64,000 nucleotides of DNA, from positions 6,156 to 70,155 of the forward strand of contig MU004194.1 in the NCBI GenBank assembly GCA_010093605.1, given 5' to 3'. The notes below the pieces were generated by a model, which did no database searches, was not told where the DNA came from, and was given only the letters and a program-made list of their open reading frames with translations. Each line of letters opens with the position of its first letter. Within the stretch, counting starts at the first letter, position 1. This DNA comes from Lophium mytilinum. Its lineage: Eukaryota. Positions 63,340 through 64,000 of the stretch are shown here, piece after piece. The position numbers and the translations under genes were made by a program.

Positions 63340-64000
63340 CTACACCTCGTGAATATCCTCGGTCTCGCTAACGCCCCCCTGCGACCCCCCCGGACTTTCG
63401 AGGATGTTGAGAGCTCTCGCCATCCGCTGAAAGGGGTGTGGAATTATCCATCTAATAATGATCCAGAGGAAGAGCCAACCTACAGACAACATCAGAATAG
63501 AGAAAACTATTCTAAATGACAAATCAAGAGTATGTCGAGACCATATCATCGCCAGCGGGAAAGGAAAATGCCAAAACTTAGAACAATACTAATACCCTTC
63601 GTCCCTTTATTAAAAGGGATCCACCTCATCACATGAGCCACTCCGTTTGGAAGGTTAGTAATGGCCCACTTTAGAGCGGCTCGGGTTGGAACATTATCCC
63701 CGGGCTGAAGGCCCGCATCTCTTCTAGCTCTGTCGAAGGCACCCTGTAATGTTCGAATCGTCGGTCTGCTTCGTACCACAAGTCGCACGCTATAGGATAA
63801 AAGAACCACCACGGCTGCAGCTACGAAAAAGGCATATAAAGGAACACCGTCCCTCAATTCTTTGACTTGCATACTGAAGATGCTAGCTGAGAAGCTCAGG
63901 GGAACGAAAACGAAGGCCAGCTCGGTAACCTTAGTCACGCTTTCAGCAGATGCAATTCCTCGGCGATTTTCGATGATTGAAATGTCTGCTCGGAGATCAT
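63340..64000 (-). CDS. CorA-like Mg transporter-domain protein, C-terminal part (5' end outside window; apparent frameshift near 63561)
   Basis: AESVTKVTELAFVFVPLSFSASIFSMQ. Confidence 0.7.

Noticed and set aside
13001..64000. Numerous short antisense or overlapping ORFs in the ORF track
   Set aside because: They are shadows of real genes or expected by chance, and show no motifs.

Overview
Filamentous ascomycete (Pezizomycotina, probably Dothideomycete-like) genomic DNA, judged from GT-AG introns with CTRAC branch sites, a RIP-mutated block and fungal gene families. Positions 1 to about 12.9 kb are an AT-rich, RIP-degenerated transposon block. It holds a Ty3/Gypsy integrase relic and a complete Gypsy/chromovirus element (2956-10824; 242-bp LTRs, TAAAG target duplication) nested in older RIP'd sequence. 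The rest is gene-dense: two Cys/His-motif orphan paralogs, a hypothetical protein, sur2-like hydroxylase, TCTP, a QDE-1-type RNA-dependent RNA polymerase, two stand-alone RNase H genes (three modules, one catalytically degenerate), hydrolases, an F-box-like protein, secreted PLA2, GST, a hybrid histidine kinase, a protein kinase, a PTH11-like receptor, tyrosinase, thioesterase, a GPI protein, a GNAT and a CorA-like fragment. The most notable observations are (1) the RNase H array beside the QDE-1-like RdRP, (2) an unidentified 150-200 bp dispersed repeat family clustered around the lineage-specific genes, and (3) a duplicated, ORF-less unit with double CACGTG and TATA that looks like a pair of ncRNA genes. 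All alignments were made by eye; no searches were run.
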